Below, in pieces: positions 18,321-26,249 of a DNA stretch of 64,000 nt. The stretch covers positions 2,506-66,505 of the forward strand of contig JBGSYD010000011.1 in assembly GCA_041751055.1 (NCBI GenBank), given 5' to 3'. The notes beneath the pieces are model-generated. The model ran no database searches. It had not been told where the DNA came from and worked only from the letters and a program-made list of their open reading frames with translations. This DNA comes from Acidimicrobiia bacterium (GTDB lineage Bacteria > Actinomycetota > Acidimicrobiia > Spongiisociales > ZC4RG35). A program made the position numbers and the translations under genes. How positions within the stretch are numbered: the first letter of the stretch is position 1; each line of letters opens with the position of its first letter.

Positions 18321-19100
18321 ATGACATCGAGCACAGTTCCACCTCAAACACAGCCAAGAACATCACGTCTCCGCTGGTACAACCTGCTTATGGGTTTGCT
18401 TCATGCCGCCCAAGGCTTCGCTGTTTTGGCTTTGGCCAACGACTTCACACTCCCGGTAATTGCGACCTACATGGATGGGCCTCCCGGAGCCGGAACGCCA
18501 TCGGTGGAGCCGGTTTTCGATCTAAGGATCGCATGGGGCGTCGCGGCTTTCCTCTTCCTGTCCGCAATCGCGCACATCGTTATTGCGTCTCCGGGCGTCT
18601 ACACCTGGTATCGCCGCAACCTGGAGAACAACCGCAACTACGCGCGATGGATCGAATACTCGCTGTCGTCCTCGATCATGATCATCTTGATCGCGATGCT
18701 CGTCGGCATCGCCGATATCGCGGCTCTCATTGCTCTCGCCGGCGTCAATGCCTCCATGATCCTGTTCGGCTTGCTCCAGGAGAAGTACGAAAACCCGGGC
18801 CGGGACGTCAGTTGGATTTCATATTGGTTTGGCGTTTTGGCCGGTGCCGTACCGTGGCTGGCAATAGCGTGGTACTTGTTCAGCCCTGGATTCGACGCCA
18901 ACCCTCCCGGATTCGTCTACGGGATATTCGTTTCGCTGTTCGTGTTCTTCAACATCTTCGCAATCGTCATGGTGCTGCAATACAAGAAGGTCGGTAGATG
19001 GGCCAACTACGAATTTGGTGAGTCGACGTATGTGCTGCTGAGCTTGCTGGCGAAGTCCGCCCTCGCCTGGCAGGTGTTCGGCGGCACCCTAGCTGCGTGA
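18321..19100 (+). CDS. heR: Heliorhodopsin
   Basis: 7-TM protein with LHAAQG, AHIV, RWIEYSLSSSIM, NASMILFG and the retinal-binding lysine in LSLLAKSALAWQVF. Confidence 0.95.
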   Translation: MTSSTVPPQTQPRTSRLRWYNLLMGLLHAAQGFAVLALANDFTLPVIATYMDGPPGAGTPSVEPVFDLRIAWGVAAFLFLSAIAHIVIASPGVYTWYRRNLENNRNYARWIEYSLSSSIMIILIAMLVGIADIAALIALAGVNASMILFGLLQEKYENPGRDVSWISYWFGVLAGAVPWLAIAWYLFSPGFDANPPGFVYGIFVSLFVFFNIFAIVMVLQYKKVGRWANYEFGESTYVLLSLLAKSALAWQVFGGTLAA

Positions 19101-19101
19101 C

Positions 19102-20442
19102 TCATTCCCCTCGAGCAGCCTCGTAAGCCTCAATGGCGCGGAGGCGGGCCATGGCATGATCGACCATCGGCTCGGGGTAGTCCTTGCCGAGAACAAAGTT
19201 GTAGCGCGCCAGCTCGTCGCTTCCCCATCCGGCGGGTGAGTGGATTTGGGGAGCGGGTAACCCGGCGAGCTCAGGCACCCATCGTCTGATATATGCACCG
19301 TCTGGATCGAACTTCTTGGATTGGGTCATTGGATTGAAGACGCGGAAGTAAGGGGCTGCATCGGTGCCCACACCGGCCACCCATTGCCAGTTGCCCACGT
19401 TCTGCGGAGTGTCGCCATCGAGCAGGTGGTGACGCAAAAACCGTTCACCGATCCTCCAGTCGACAAGAAGATCCTTGACCAGAAACGAAGCCACGACCAT
19501 ACGGATGCGATTGTGAATCCAACCCTCCCCCTGCAACTGCCTCATTCCGGCGTCAACGATCGGATATCCGGTTCGACCTGATTGCCACGCCGCGATCTGA
19601 TCAGGGTCGTTGATCCACAGCATGGATTCGTAGTCGAAGCGCATTGGCTTGTCCACGCTGTGTGGCCATCTGGCCAAAACGTGGGCGTAGAAGTCACGCC
19701 AGGCCAGCTGTCGTCGAAAGGCAATCCGACCCGGGGTACTCCCTGACGTCCGGTCGAAAACCAGCCGGGGGCCGATCCACCCGTACTTGAGGTCAATTGA
19801 CATATGGCTCGTCGAATCGAGGTCCGGCCGATCCCGTTCCTTGTGGTAGGAATCAATCTTGTTCAGGAAGTCGATGAAACGAGTTGATGCACCGTCTTCA
19901 CCGGCGTGCTCAACTTCTGGAACGTCCGGCAAACCATCACCCACATCGGCGAGCACCCGCGCTTTGCCAGGATCTCCGACCGGGACTACTGGCCGATCGG
20001 ACCATGAGCGGAAGAAGGGTGTGAACACCCGATAGGTGTTTCCGCTACCGGTCAGGATGGATCCCGGTGGATGGATGTAGTTGCCGTCATGGAGATCGAG
20101 GTCGACAAGCCGGCTGATGCGGTCATCCCGACTCGAGCCAAATGGAGTGACGTCACGATTGGCATGGACGATATCGGCCCCTACCCGTGCCACGACGTCA
20201 GGCACCACCCTGGTGGGGTCTCCCCGAAGGACCAGGAGTCGGCCTCCTTGATCGGACAGCCTGGTATCGAGCGATTTGAGCCCTGCGATCAGGTAGGAAC
20301 GGCGGCGGTTCGAAACCGCGTCGTAGAGGTCGGGATCGATTACGAATAGGGCACATACCTCATCGGCTTGCGTGCCCGCCGCCCAAGCAGGATTGTCTTC
20401 CAGTCGGGCATCCCGACGAAACCAAACCACGGACCTCCCCAC
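19102..20442 (-). CDS. phrB: Deoxyribodipyrimidine photolyase (CPD photolyase/cryptochrome family)
   Basis: VWFRRDARLEDNPA, QLAWRDFY, TGYPIVDAGMRQL, GWIHNRIRMVVASFL, NVGNWQWVAG, PYFRVFNP. Confidence 0.93.
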   Translation of the reverse strand: MGRSVVWFRRDARLEDNPAWAAGTQADEVCALFVIDPDLYDAVSNRRRSYLIAGLKSLDTRLSDQGGRLLVLRGDPTRVVPDVVARVGADIVHANRDVTPFGSSRDDRISRLVDLDLHDGNYIHPPGSILTGSGNTYRVFTPFFRSWSDRPVVPVGDPGKARVLADVGDGLPDVPEVEHAGEDGASTRFIDFLNKIDSYHKERDRPDLDSTSHMSIDLKYGWIGPRLVFDRTSGSTPGRIAFRRQLAWRDFYAHVLARWPHSVDKPMRFDYESMLWINDPDQIAAWQSGRTGYPIVDAGMRQLQGEGWIHNRIRMVVASFLVKDLLVDWRIGERFLRHHLLDGDTPQNVGNWQWVAGVGTDAAPYFRVFNPMTQSKKFDPDGAYIRRWVPELAGLPAPQIHSPAGWGSDELARYNFVLGKDYPEPMVDHAMARLRAIEAYEAARGE

Positions 20443-20445
20443 TTC

Positions 20446-20625
20446 CTAACCGCGCTCCGGAGGGTCGGGGAAGAGTGTGTTGGTTCGATACAGGTAGTCC
20501 CCGTATTCGGGGCCTCGTCTGACAATCGACTCTTCCAACGTACCGGACCCGGTCACTTTGAACAAGGATCCATGACCGAAACGGCGGAGATCCTCGGGCA
20601 TAACCTGGACGATCGGCGCAGCTGA
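20446..20625 (-). pseudogene. C-terminal remnant of a DUF1295 (steroid 5-alpha-reductase-like, Rv0446c-like) gene
   Basis: ...SLFKVTGSGTLEESIVRRGPEYGDYLYRTNTLFPDPPERG* resembles the DUF1295 terminus (LLxxVSGxxLLE...Y.xY..RT..FFPxPP); a -1 shift joins it to ISAVSVM; no upstream TM region. Confidence 0.55.
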
Positions 20626-20638
20626 ATCCTGAGCTGGC

Positions 20639-21808
20639 TCAATTGCGCAGCGCCCTCCTGTAGAACTCAATTGTCTTGTCGGCGACCGCCTCGATTGTGT
20701 AGAACTCGGTGAACCTGTCCTTGGCAGAGTCAACCAAAGACTTCGCGAGGTCTTTGTCCACAAGCACGCGCGAGATGGCGGCAGCCATTTCGTCCGGAGC
20801 CTCCAACGACACCAGCATGACCACCGGTGTCTCGCCGCCAGCCACTTCGCGAACTGACGGGATATCACTCGCAACGACAGGGACTTCGAGGGCCATTGCC
20901 TCGATCAATACGCCAGGAGACCCCTCTGTTCTCGACGGAACCACCACAACATCGGCAGCACACATCAAGTCGGGCACGTCGGTCCTGTGACCCGCGAATG
21001 TCACGGCTTCGTCGAGCCCGCCGGTGGCCGCGGTCCGTCGAAGGTTGGCTGAGGCCGGACCCTCCCTGCCCGCAATCAAGAGGTGGGCTTCGGGGACGCA
21101 CTCCCTCACACCGGCAAAGGCTGATAACAGAAGATCGAGACCTTTCATGTGGTAATGCCTGCCAGCTGCCATAACAAGTGGCACTTGATCGCCTAGTCCG
21201 AGCGAACGCCGCACGTCGGCCCGTCTTCCCGGAGAGTTAGCGCCGAGCATGCCAAGGTCCCGACCCCGCGGAATCACCTCGACGCGGTCCCGGGGAACTC
21301 GCAGTCGCGTGGCCATTAGATCGGCGCTGCTTGCCGACACGGCATGAAACCTACGGACCAACCTGGCCGTTATTGCGTCCGTCAAGTGCGCGGCTCGTAC
21401 TTTCCAGCGCCGGTACTCAGGGTTGGACAGGTGTTCGGGGCCGTATAACTCGGTGACGAAGCTGGAAACCACAGGTATTCGAGCGAGTCGCGCTGCGACC
21501 CGGGCGGTCACATCGGCTTCGAACAATATCGTGTGAACAAGGTCCGGACGCAGCGACCTGAGCAATTTGAGTCCTCGAAATACGGCCATGATGCGACCCC
21601 CGCCACCTGCGATGCTGTGCAATGAAACTCCACTAGCGTCGAGGCTTCCGCCCACCCCCACACGGTCCACCAGGTAGGCCACGTGGAGATCGATGCCGTC
21701 CTTGACCAGGTAGGGAGCCACCATCGCCAGAGACTGTTCGGCACCGCCAACAGCAAGGCTATCGATGACGATCAATATTCTGAGCCGAGCATTTATCGAA
21801 CGTTTCAC
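20639..21808 (-). CDS. GT4-family glycosyltransferase
   Basis: IDSLAVGGAEQ, KGLDLL, PSRTEGSPGVLIEAMA, VVASDIP. Confidence 0.9.
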   Translation of the reverse strand: MKRSINARLRILIVIDSLAVGGAEQSLAMVAPYLVKDGIDLHVAYLVDRVGVGGSLDASGVSLHSIAGGGGRIMAVFRGLKLLRSLRPDLVHTILFEADVTARVAARLARIPVVSSFVTELYGPEHLSNPEYRRWKVRAAHLTDAITARLVRRFHAVSASSADLMATRLRVPRDRVEVIPRGRDLGMLGANSPGRRADVRRSLGLGDQVPLVMAAGRHYHMKGLDLLLSAFAGVRECVPEAHLLIAGREGPASANLRRTAATGGLDEAVTFAGHRTDVPDLMCAADVVVVPSRTEGSPGVLIEAMALEVPVVASDIPSVREVAGGETPVVMLVSLEAPDEMAAAISRVLVDKDLAKSLVDSAKDRFTEFYTIEAVADKTIEFYRRALRN

Positions 21809-22776
21809 GCCTGGTGCTCATGCCTTCGGACTCGTTGAGCTAGATCGGACATGGTCAGGTTTTCGAGGAGGCCCTCGTCGATGCCCTTGCGGGCTTCCTC
21901 AAACAGAACTTCGAAGGCTCGGCGCGATCTCCGCGGGTGCCCCGCGAGATTGTGGCTGTGGAACCACATGTGGAAGAGCGAAGACGTCCGAACTGCGCCA
22001 CGGAGGCGTCGGCGCACGACCCGACCCCAGAGTTCATCGCCCAGCCGGTCGGCGGTTTTCGAACCGGGATTGAAGAGGTACGTCTGAGGGATCGCCACCA
22101 GATCGCCCTTGATCTCGGGGCGGAATGCGCCGGAACGAAGGGGGCGAACCCGATCCATAGCTAGGGCCATCTTCTTCAGTGGGGGCGACATCTGTGTGAA
22201 ACGATCGGGTGTGTGACTCCGATAAGCCAAGAATCCCGCTTCGGCGAGAAGTCCCAGATGCCCTATCGAGTTGCGCGGAAACACGTATGACATCAGGTTC
22301 AGACCGCTCTCCGCGGCAGCGCTCAAGCAAGCCTCGAGATCGGAGCGAAAGGCCTCCTCAGTGCAACCCTCGTCGCCGGCGATGACATGCCCGAACGAGT
22401 GCGAGGCGAGCTCGTGTGGTATGTGGCTCTCTCTGATCCTCGCGACCAGATCAGGGCCATACCAGGTGGGGTCGTCGGTGAGCGACGTGCCGGGGTCGAG
22501 GTCGTACCAGTCACCGGCGAACCACGAATAATCGGGCCGCACTATTTCCGGATGTTTCATTCCGGTGGATTGTCCACATCGGGGCAAGAAGAGATGGCCT
22601 ACCACGGCCCAAGTCGCCGAAATCTCGTACTCTTCCATCACCTCGAGCAATTCGGCCACCACCCGCCGCTCTTCGAGATAGGGCGACCTGTCATGTGGTG
22701 AACCATGGTGAACTGCGCCCCACGACATCTCGAGATCGATCGATATTACGAAGGCGGCTGCCCCATCTAAGACCAT
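21805..22776 (-). CDS. Polysaccharide deacetylase family protein
   Basis: FVISIDLEMSWG, ATWAVVG, ELASHSFGH, SYVFPRN, FHMWFHSHN. Confidence 0.8.
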   Translation of the reverse strand: MVLDGAAAFVISIDLEMSWGAVHHGSPHDRSPYLEERRVVAELLEVMEEYEISATWAVVGHLFLPRCGQSTGMKHPEIVRPDYSWFAGDWYDLDPGTSLTDDPTWYGPDLVARIRESHIPHELASHSFGHVIAGDEGCTEEAFRSDLEACLSAAAESGLNLMSYVFPRNSIGHLGLLAEAGFLAYRSHTPDRFTQMSPPLKKMALAMDRVRPLRSGAFRPEIKGDLVAIPQTYLFNPGSKTADRLGDELWGRVVRRRLRGAVRTSSLFHMWFHSHNLAGHPRRSRRAFEVLFEEARKGIDEGLLENLTMSDLAQRVRRHEHQA

Positions 22777-22986
22777 AAAAAGTCACTGTACCGACGGCCT
22801 TTAAATACCCTGGCCTGGTGCCCCATGGCAAGGGGCCCCGGACATGCGTGAGGATTGCGGACCGCGGGCAAAAGGTTTCAGCGGCGATCTTCCCGGGGCC
22901 AGTGTATGCAACCGCCGAGAGGAGTTCGGGGCGGCGGCATGCGACTGTCACCGATCGCACCCTGACTGTGAATGAGGTTTATCCCC

Positions 22987-23541
22987 TCAACCTGCTGCAA
23001 GGTCGGACATCGAGACTGCAAGTCTTTTCATTCCAGTGCGAATTCGGCTTTTCACCGTACCTTCGGGTGCTCCTAACCGACGAGCAACCTCGACGTAGCT
23101 CAGGCCCTCGAGGTAGGCCAGGGAAATTGCCTCCCTCTCGCCGTCCGGGAGGTCGTTCAGAGCGGCTCGCACATTCTCGGAGATCGTAAGGGCCCAAACG
23201 TCGTCGACGACGTCAGAATGATCCCGGTCAGGTGGTTTAAGCTCCCGCCGGGACCGAGCGACTTCGGAGCGGACGGCGTCGACCGCCCTGCGATGGGCAA
23301 TAGTCACCAGGAAGTTGCGAAGCGATCCGCGTCTGGCATCAAATCTTTCCGGTGCGTCCCAAAATCGAAAGAACGTGTCCTGAACCACGTCTTCGGCGAG
23401 CGTTGGATTGTGAAGCACCCTTCGAGCAACCGATCTGACCGCTCCTCCGTGTTCTCCCATCACGGTCTCCATTGCGGCCTCATCGCCCCTCAAGACAAGG
23501 TCGGCTAGCGCCTTGTCGCGTTCATCAACTCCGACCATCAA
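22987..23541 (-). CDS. ECF RNA polymerase sigma factor, SigK-like
   Basis: AEDVVQDTF..FW..PERFD..RGS, AHRRAVDAVRSE, LAYLEGLSYVEVA..LG...GTVKSRIR; the AHRRAVDxVR signature is shared with mycobacterial SigK. Confidence 0.85.
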   Translation of the reverse strand: MMVGVDERDKALADLVLRGDEAAMETVMGEHGGAVRSVARRVLHNPTLAEDVVQDTFFRFWDAPERFDARRGSLRNFLVTIAHRRAVDAVRSEVARSRRELKPPDRDHSDVVDDVWALTISENVRAALNDLPDGEREAISLAYLEGLSYVEVARRLGAPEGTVKSRIRTGMKRLAVSMSDLAAG

Positions 23542-23653
23542 ACCTCGAATCGAGACCCACCGATGCTAATGGTGGAGGGCCGGGACCAGCATTTTGGCGG
23601 TACCGACTAGGGCACGATTAACGGGCTTGTGTTTGGAGGCACCAATTTATTTC

Positions 23654-23680
23654 CCATCCGACGCACTGGGCGGCGCCGAA
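23654..23680 (+). promoter_or_regulatory. Putative SigK-type ECF promoter
   Basis: CCATCC-N16-CCGAA ending 6 nt before ATG 23687. Confidence 0.62.
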
Positions 23681-23686
23681 CCAGAC

Positions 23687-24061
23687 ATGATGGGTAACAG
23701 AATCGCAATCATCGGCACCGGTATTTCCGGCCTCGGGGCAGCCTGGGGGCTCCATGCAGATAACGAAATCACCGTTTATGAAGCGGCCGATCGTTTGGGC
23801 GGGCACTCCAACACCATCAAGGTCGACACGCCTCTGGGAGAAACGTCCGTCGATACCGGTTTCATTGTCTATAACAATGAGACCTACCCAAATCTTTCCC
23901 GGCTATTTGCCAAACTCGAAGTCGCGACCGAGCCCAGCGACATGTCCTTCTCATATTCAGTTGACGGCGACTTCGAATACGGGGCAAGCCTTTCTCTGTG
24001 CGAGGCTGGGTTCCGGCTGGGCCGGATAAATGTAGAACAGTGGAGTTTCTCCCGACCATGA
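23687..24061 (+). pseudogene. Truncated FAD-dependent oxidoreductase (Rv0449c/UfaD-like amine-oxidase family)
   Basis: IAIIGTGISGL.AAW.L, EAADRLGGHSNT, VDTGFIVYN..TYPNL, SDMSFS; similarity ends near 23990 after about 100 aa, whereas intact family members are >400 aa. Confidence 0.8.
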
Positions 24062-24098
24062 AGCGATACTCCCGCTTGTTCAATATCGTGACCAATCC

Positions 24099-25100
24099 AT
24101 GATCGGCAACGACACACCGGATCGCCTCGCCGCACGCCTCGGCGTGATGGCGGCTGCGATTGCGGGTGACTCGGGCGGGCTCTATCAACTGGTTGCAAGG
24201 CTGTTGGACGACGGCGTGCCCCTCGACGTCATTCTCTTCGACATTCTCATTCCCACCGAAAGAGATGTGGGCCAGCGCTGGCAGCAGGGTGACGTGCTCA
24301 TCTCGGAGGAACATGCCGCCACAGCGACCATGGAGACGGTTGTCTCCCTGATCGCGGGATCCTTCGATCCATCGGATAACGGTCCCCGAATAGTGATTGC
24401 GGCAGCCGAAGGAGATGACCATTCTCTTCCGGGGCGCCTGATTGCGGCCCACCTGCTTTTCCTCGGCTACCGGACGGCATACCTGGGTGGCAACGTCAAG
24501 GCCTCAGATCTGGCGGAATATCTCCAGGGCGAACCGGCTGATGCAGTTGTTCTCTCTTGCGCCCTGCCCACACATCTGATTGGTGCGCGTTCGTCGATCC
24601 AGGTAAGCCATCATGCAGGGGTCCCTGTTGTCGCCGGGGGCAATGGGTTTGGCCCGGGTGGGGTCTGGGCCACGCCGTTGGGGGCAGACGTATGGGTTCC
24701 GACTCCCCGGCAGGTGTCAGAGACTCTGGAATCGTGGAATCCGGACCCCGCGACTTCGGAAGCCCGAGCAGTTGATATGACTTCCGACGTCGCCGCACTC
24801 ATCAATCGCCGGATGAGAATCGTGTCATCCGCCCAGGACCACGTCGCGGCCGGAGGCAATCAATACCCCGATCGGGAAACCACCGACGAGATCGATCATC
24901 TTCTGAGTGCTGTGGGAGCGGCGATGTTTGTTGGCGATTCGGCTCTGTTGTCGGCCGAAATCAAATGGCAACAAGCGATGCTCGCTGCTCACAGCAGAAC
25001 CGACTCGGATCAAATTGTCGAGGCGATGGTCGCCGCTCTGGAGTTGGAATCGCCCCTGGCTGCTGAGTTCATGCAGGCGACAATCCGGGCCAAATCCTGA
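24099..25100 (+). CDS. Cobalamin (B12)-binding domain protein, CarH/AerR-like W-x9-EH, no DNA-binding domain
   Basis: Four-helix cap with VGQRWQQGDVLISEEH, Rossmann B12 domain EGDDHSLPG...YLGGNV...VVLSC...GG, extra helical C-terminal domain. Confidence 0.85.
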   Translation: MIGNDTPDRLAARLGVMAAAIAGDSGGLYQLVARLLDDGVPLDVILFDILIPTERDVGQRWQQGDVLISEEHAATATMETVVSLIAGSFDPSDNGPRIVIAAAEGDDHSLPGRLIAAHLLFLGYRTAYLGGNVKASDLAEYLQGEPADAVVLSCALPTHLIGARSSIQVSHHAGVPVVAGGNGFGPGGVWATPLGADVWVPTPRQVSETLESWNPDPATSEARAVDMTSDVAALINRRMRIVSSAQDHVAAGGNQYPDRETTDEIDHLLSAVGAAMFVGDSALLSAEIKWQQAMLAAHSRTDSDQIVEAMVAALELESPLAAEFMQATIRAKS

Positions 25101-25122
25101 CCACTCCGGGGCCAGCCACACC

Positions 25123-26118
25123 ATGATGGAGAACGCATGGAGCCGTCGTCTGATAACGGTTCCAGCCGTTTATCTCAGCTTTGCAGCCCTGACTCTTGCC
25201 ATGCCCATAGTGATGACGGTGGCGGCAGTTACCGATCTCGGCAGGTGGTTCAGACGGCGTAAGCCAGCCATTGCCATGCGCATTACGGTGTTCGGCTGGT
25301 GTTACCTCTTGGGTGAAACGTGTGCGGTGGCCGCCATGGCCCTGGCAGCGTTGTTGGGGCGCGACCTATCAATCAAAGCCACCTACCGATTGCAGCAGGT
25401 CTGGCTCAACTGGAACTTCGATATGCTCAGTCTGGCCTTCAGTCTGAATTTCGAGGTCGAAGGAACCACGGAGATCACCCCAGCGCCATTTGTGCTGCTC
25501 TCCCGCCACGCCTCACTCATCGACACGATGCTCCCTGGCCGATACGTCGTCGGGCCCCACGGCCTGAGACTTCGCTATGTGTTGAAAAAGGAGCTGCTGA
25601 TCGACCCAGCTCTCGACATAGGCGGCAACCGCCTCCCCAACTACTTCATTGACAGGGGAGGCAGCGCGGCGCAGGAACTCGATGGTATCCGTCACCTCGC
25701 TTCCGGATTGGGAACCCGAGACGCCGTACTGATATATCCAGAGGGGACACGCTATTCAGACGCAAAACGCAAAAAATACGTCGACCGAATCACCCGGCGG
25801 GGTGGACCCGCCGCTGACGTCGCCTCCACCTACCGGCACGTGCTGCCGCCGCGCCCGGCCGGGACGCTTGCGATTCTCGACGTATCGGAGGCCGACGTGG
25901 TGATCCTGGCACACCGTGGATTGGAAGGCTTCGCGACCCTTGCGGACATGTGGGACGGCGGTCTGGTGGGGTCAACTGTGGAAGTCCTGTTTCGCCGGAT
26001 CCCGAAATCGCAAATTCCCTCTGATCGGGATTCACAACAGCTGTGGCTGTACCAGGTCTGGGCCGAGGTCGACCAATGGGTCAATGACACAGCCGGGCGG
26101 ATTCGCCGTATTCGATAG
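25123..26118 (+). CDS. Lysophospholipid / 1-acyl-glycerol-3-phosphate acyltransferase family protein
   Basis: RHASLIDT (HxxxxD), LKKEL, FIDRG, IYPEGTR, LPPR; N-terminal TM helices. Confidence 0.85.
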   Translation: MMENAWSRRLITVPAVYLSFAALTLAMPIVMTVAAVTDLGRWFRRRKPAIAMRITVFGWCYLLGETCAVAAMALAALLGRDLSIKATYRLQQVWLNWNFDMLSLAFSLNFEVEGTTEITPAPFVLLSRHASLIDTMLPGRYVVGPHGLRLRYVLKKELLIDPALDIGGNRLPNYFIDRGGSAAQELDGIRHLASGLGTRDAVLIYPEGTRYSDAKRKKYVDRITRRGGPAADVASTYRHVLPPRPAGTLAILDVSEADVVILAHRGLEGFATLADMWDGGLVGSTVEVLFRRIPKSQIPSDRDSQQLWLYQVWAEVDQWVNDTAGRIRRIR

Positions 26119-26123
26119 TTGGG

Positions 26124-26197
26124 TGGAGCTGAGGGGATTTGAACCCCTGACCCCCTGATTGCGAACCAGGTGCTCTGCCAGGCTGAGCTACAGCCCC
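26124..26197 (-). tRNA. trnA: tRNA-Ala (anticodon CGC)
   Basis: Reverse complement GGGGCTGTAGCTCAGCCTGGCAGAGCACCTGGTTCGCAATCAGGGGGTCAGGGGTTCAAATCCCCTCAGCTCCA. Confidence 0.95.
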
Positions 26198-26249
26198 AAT
26201 CGTTGTGGGACGGTGATTGTATCCCTGCTCGGTCTATCAGCCAGTCGAG

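Noticed and set aside
22900-22960. Eroded rskA remnant (frame-shifted PPP-ELLSAVA resembling RskA PPPxL)
   Set aside because: Too short and needs a frameshift; cannot be distinguished from chance without an alignment
23990-24098. Cobalamin riboswitch upstream of the B12-binding gene
   Set aside because: The region is only about 100 bp and shows no B12-box or GGGAA-type consensus
16860-26124. tRNA-Ala-anchored genomic island with att sites
   Set aside because: No integrase and no duplicate of the tRNA 3' end seen at the left boundary; no obvious compositional shift
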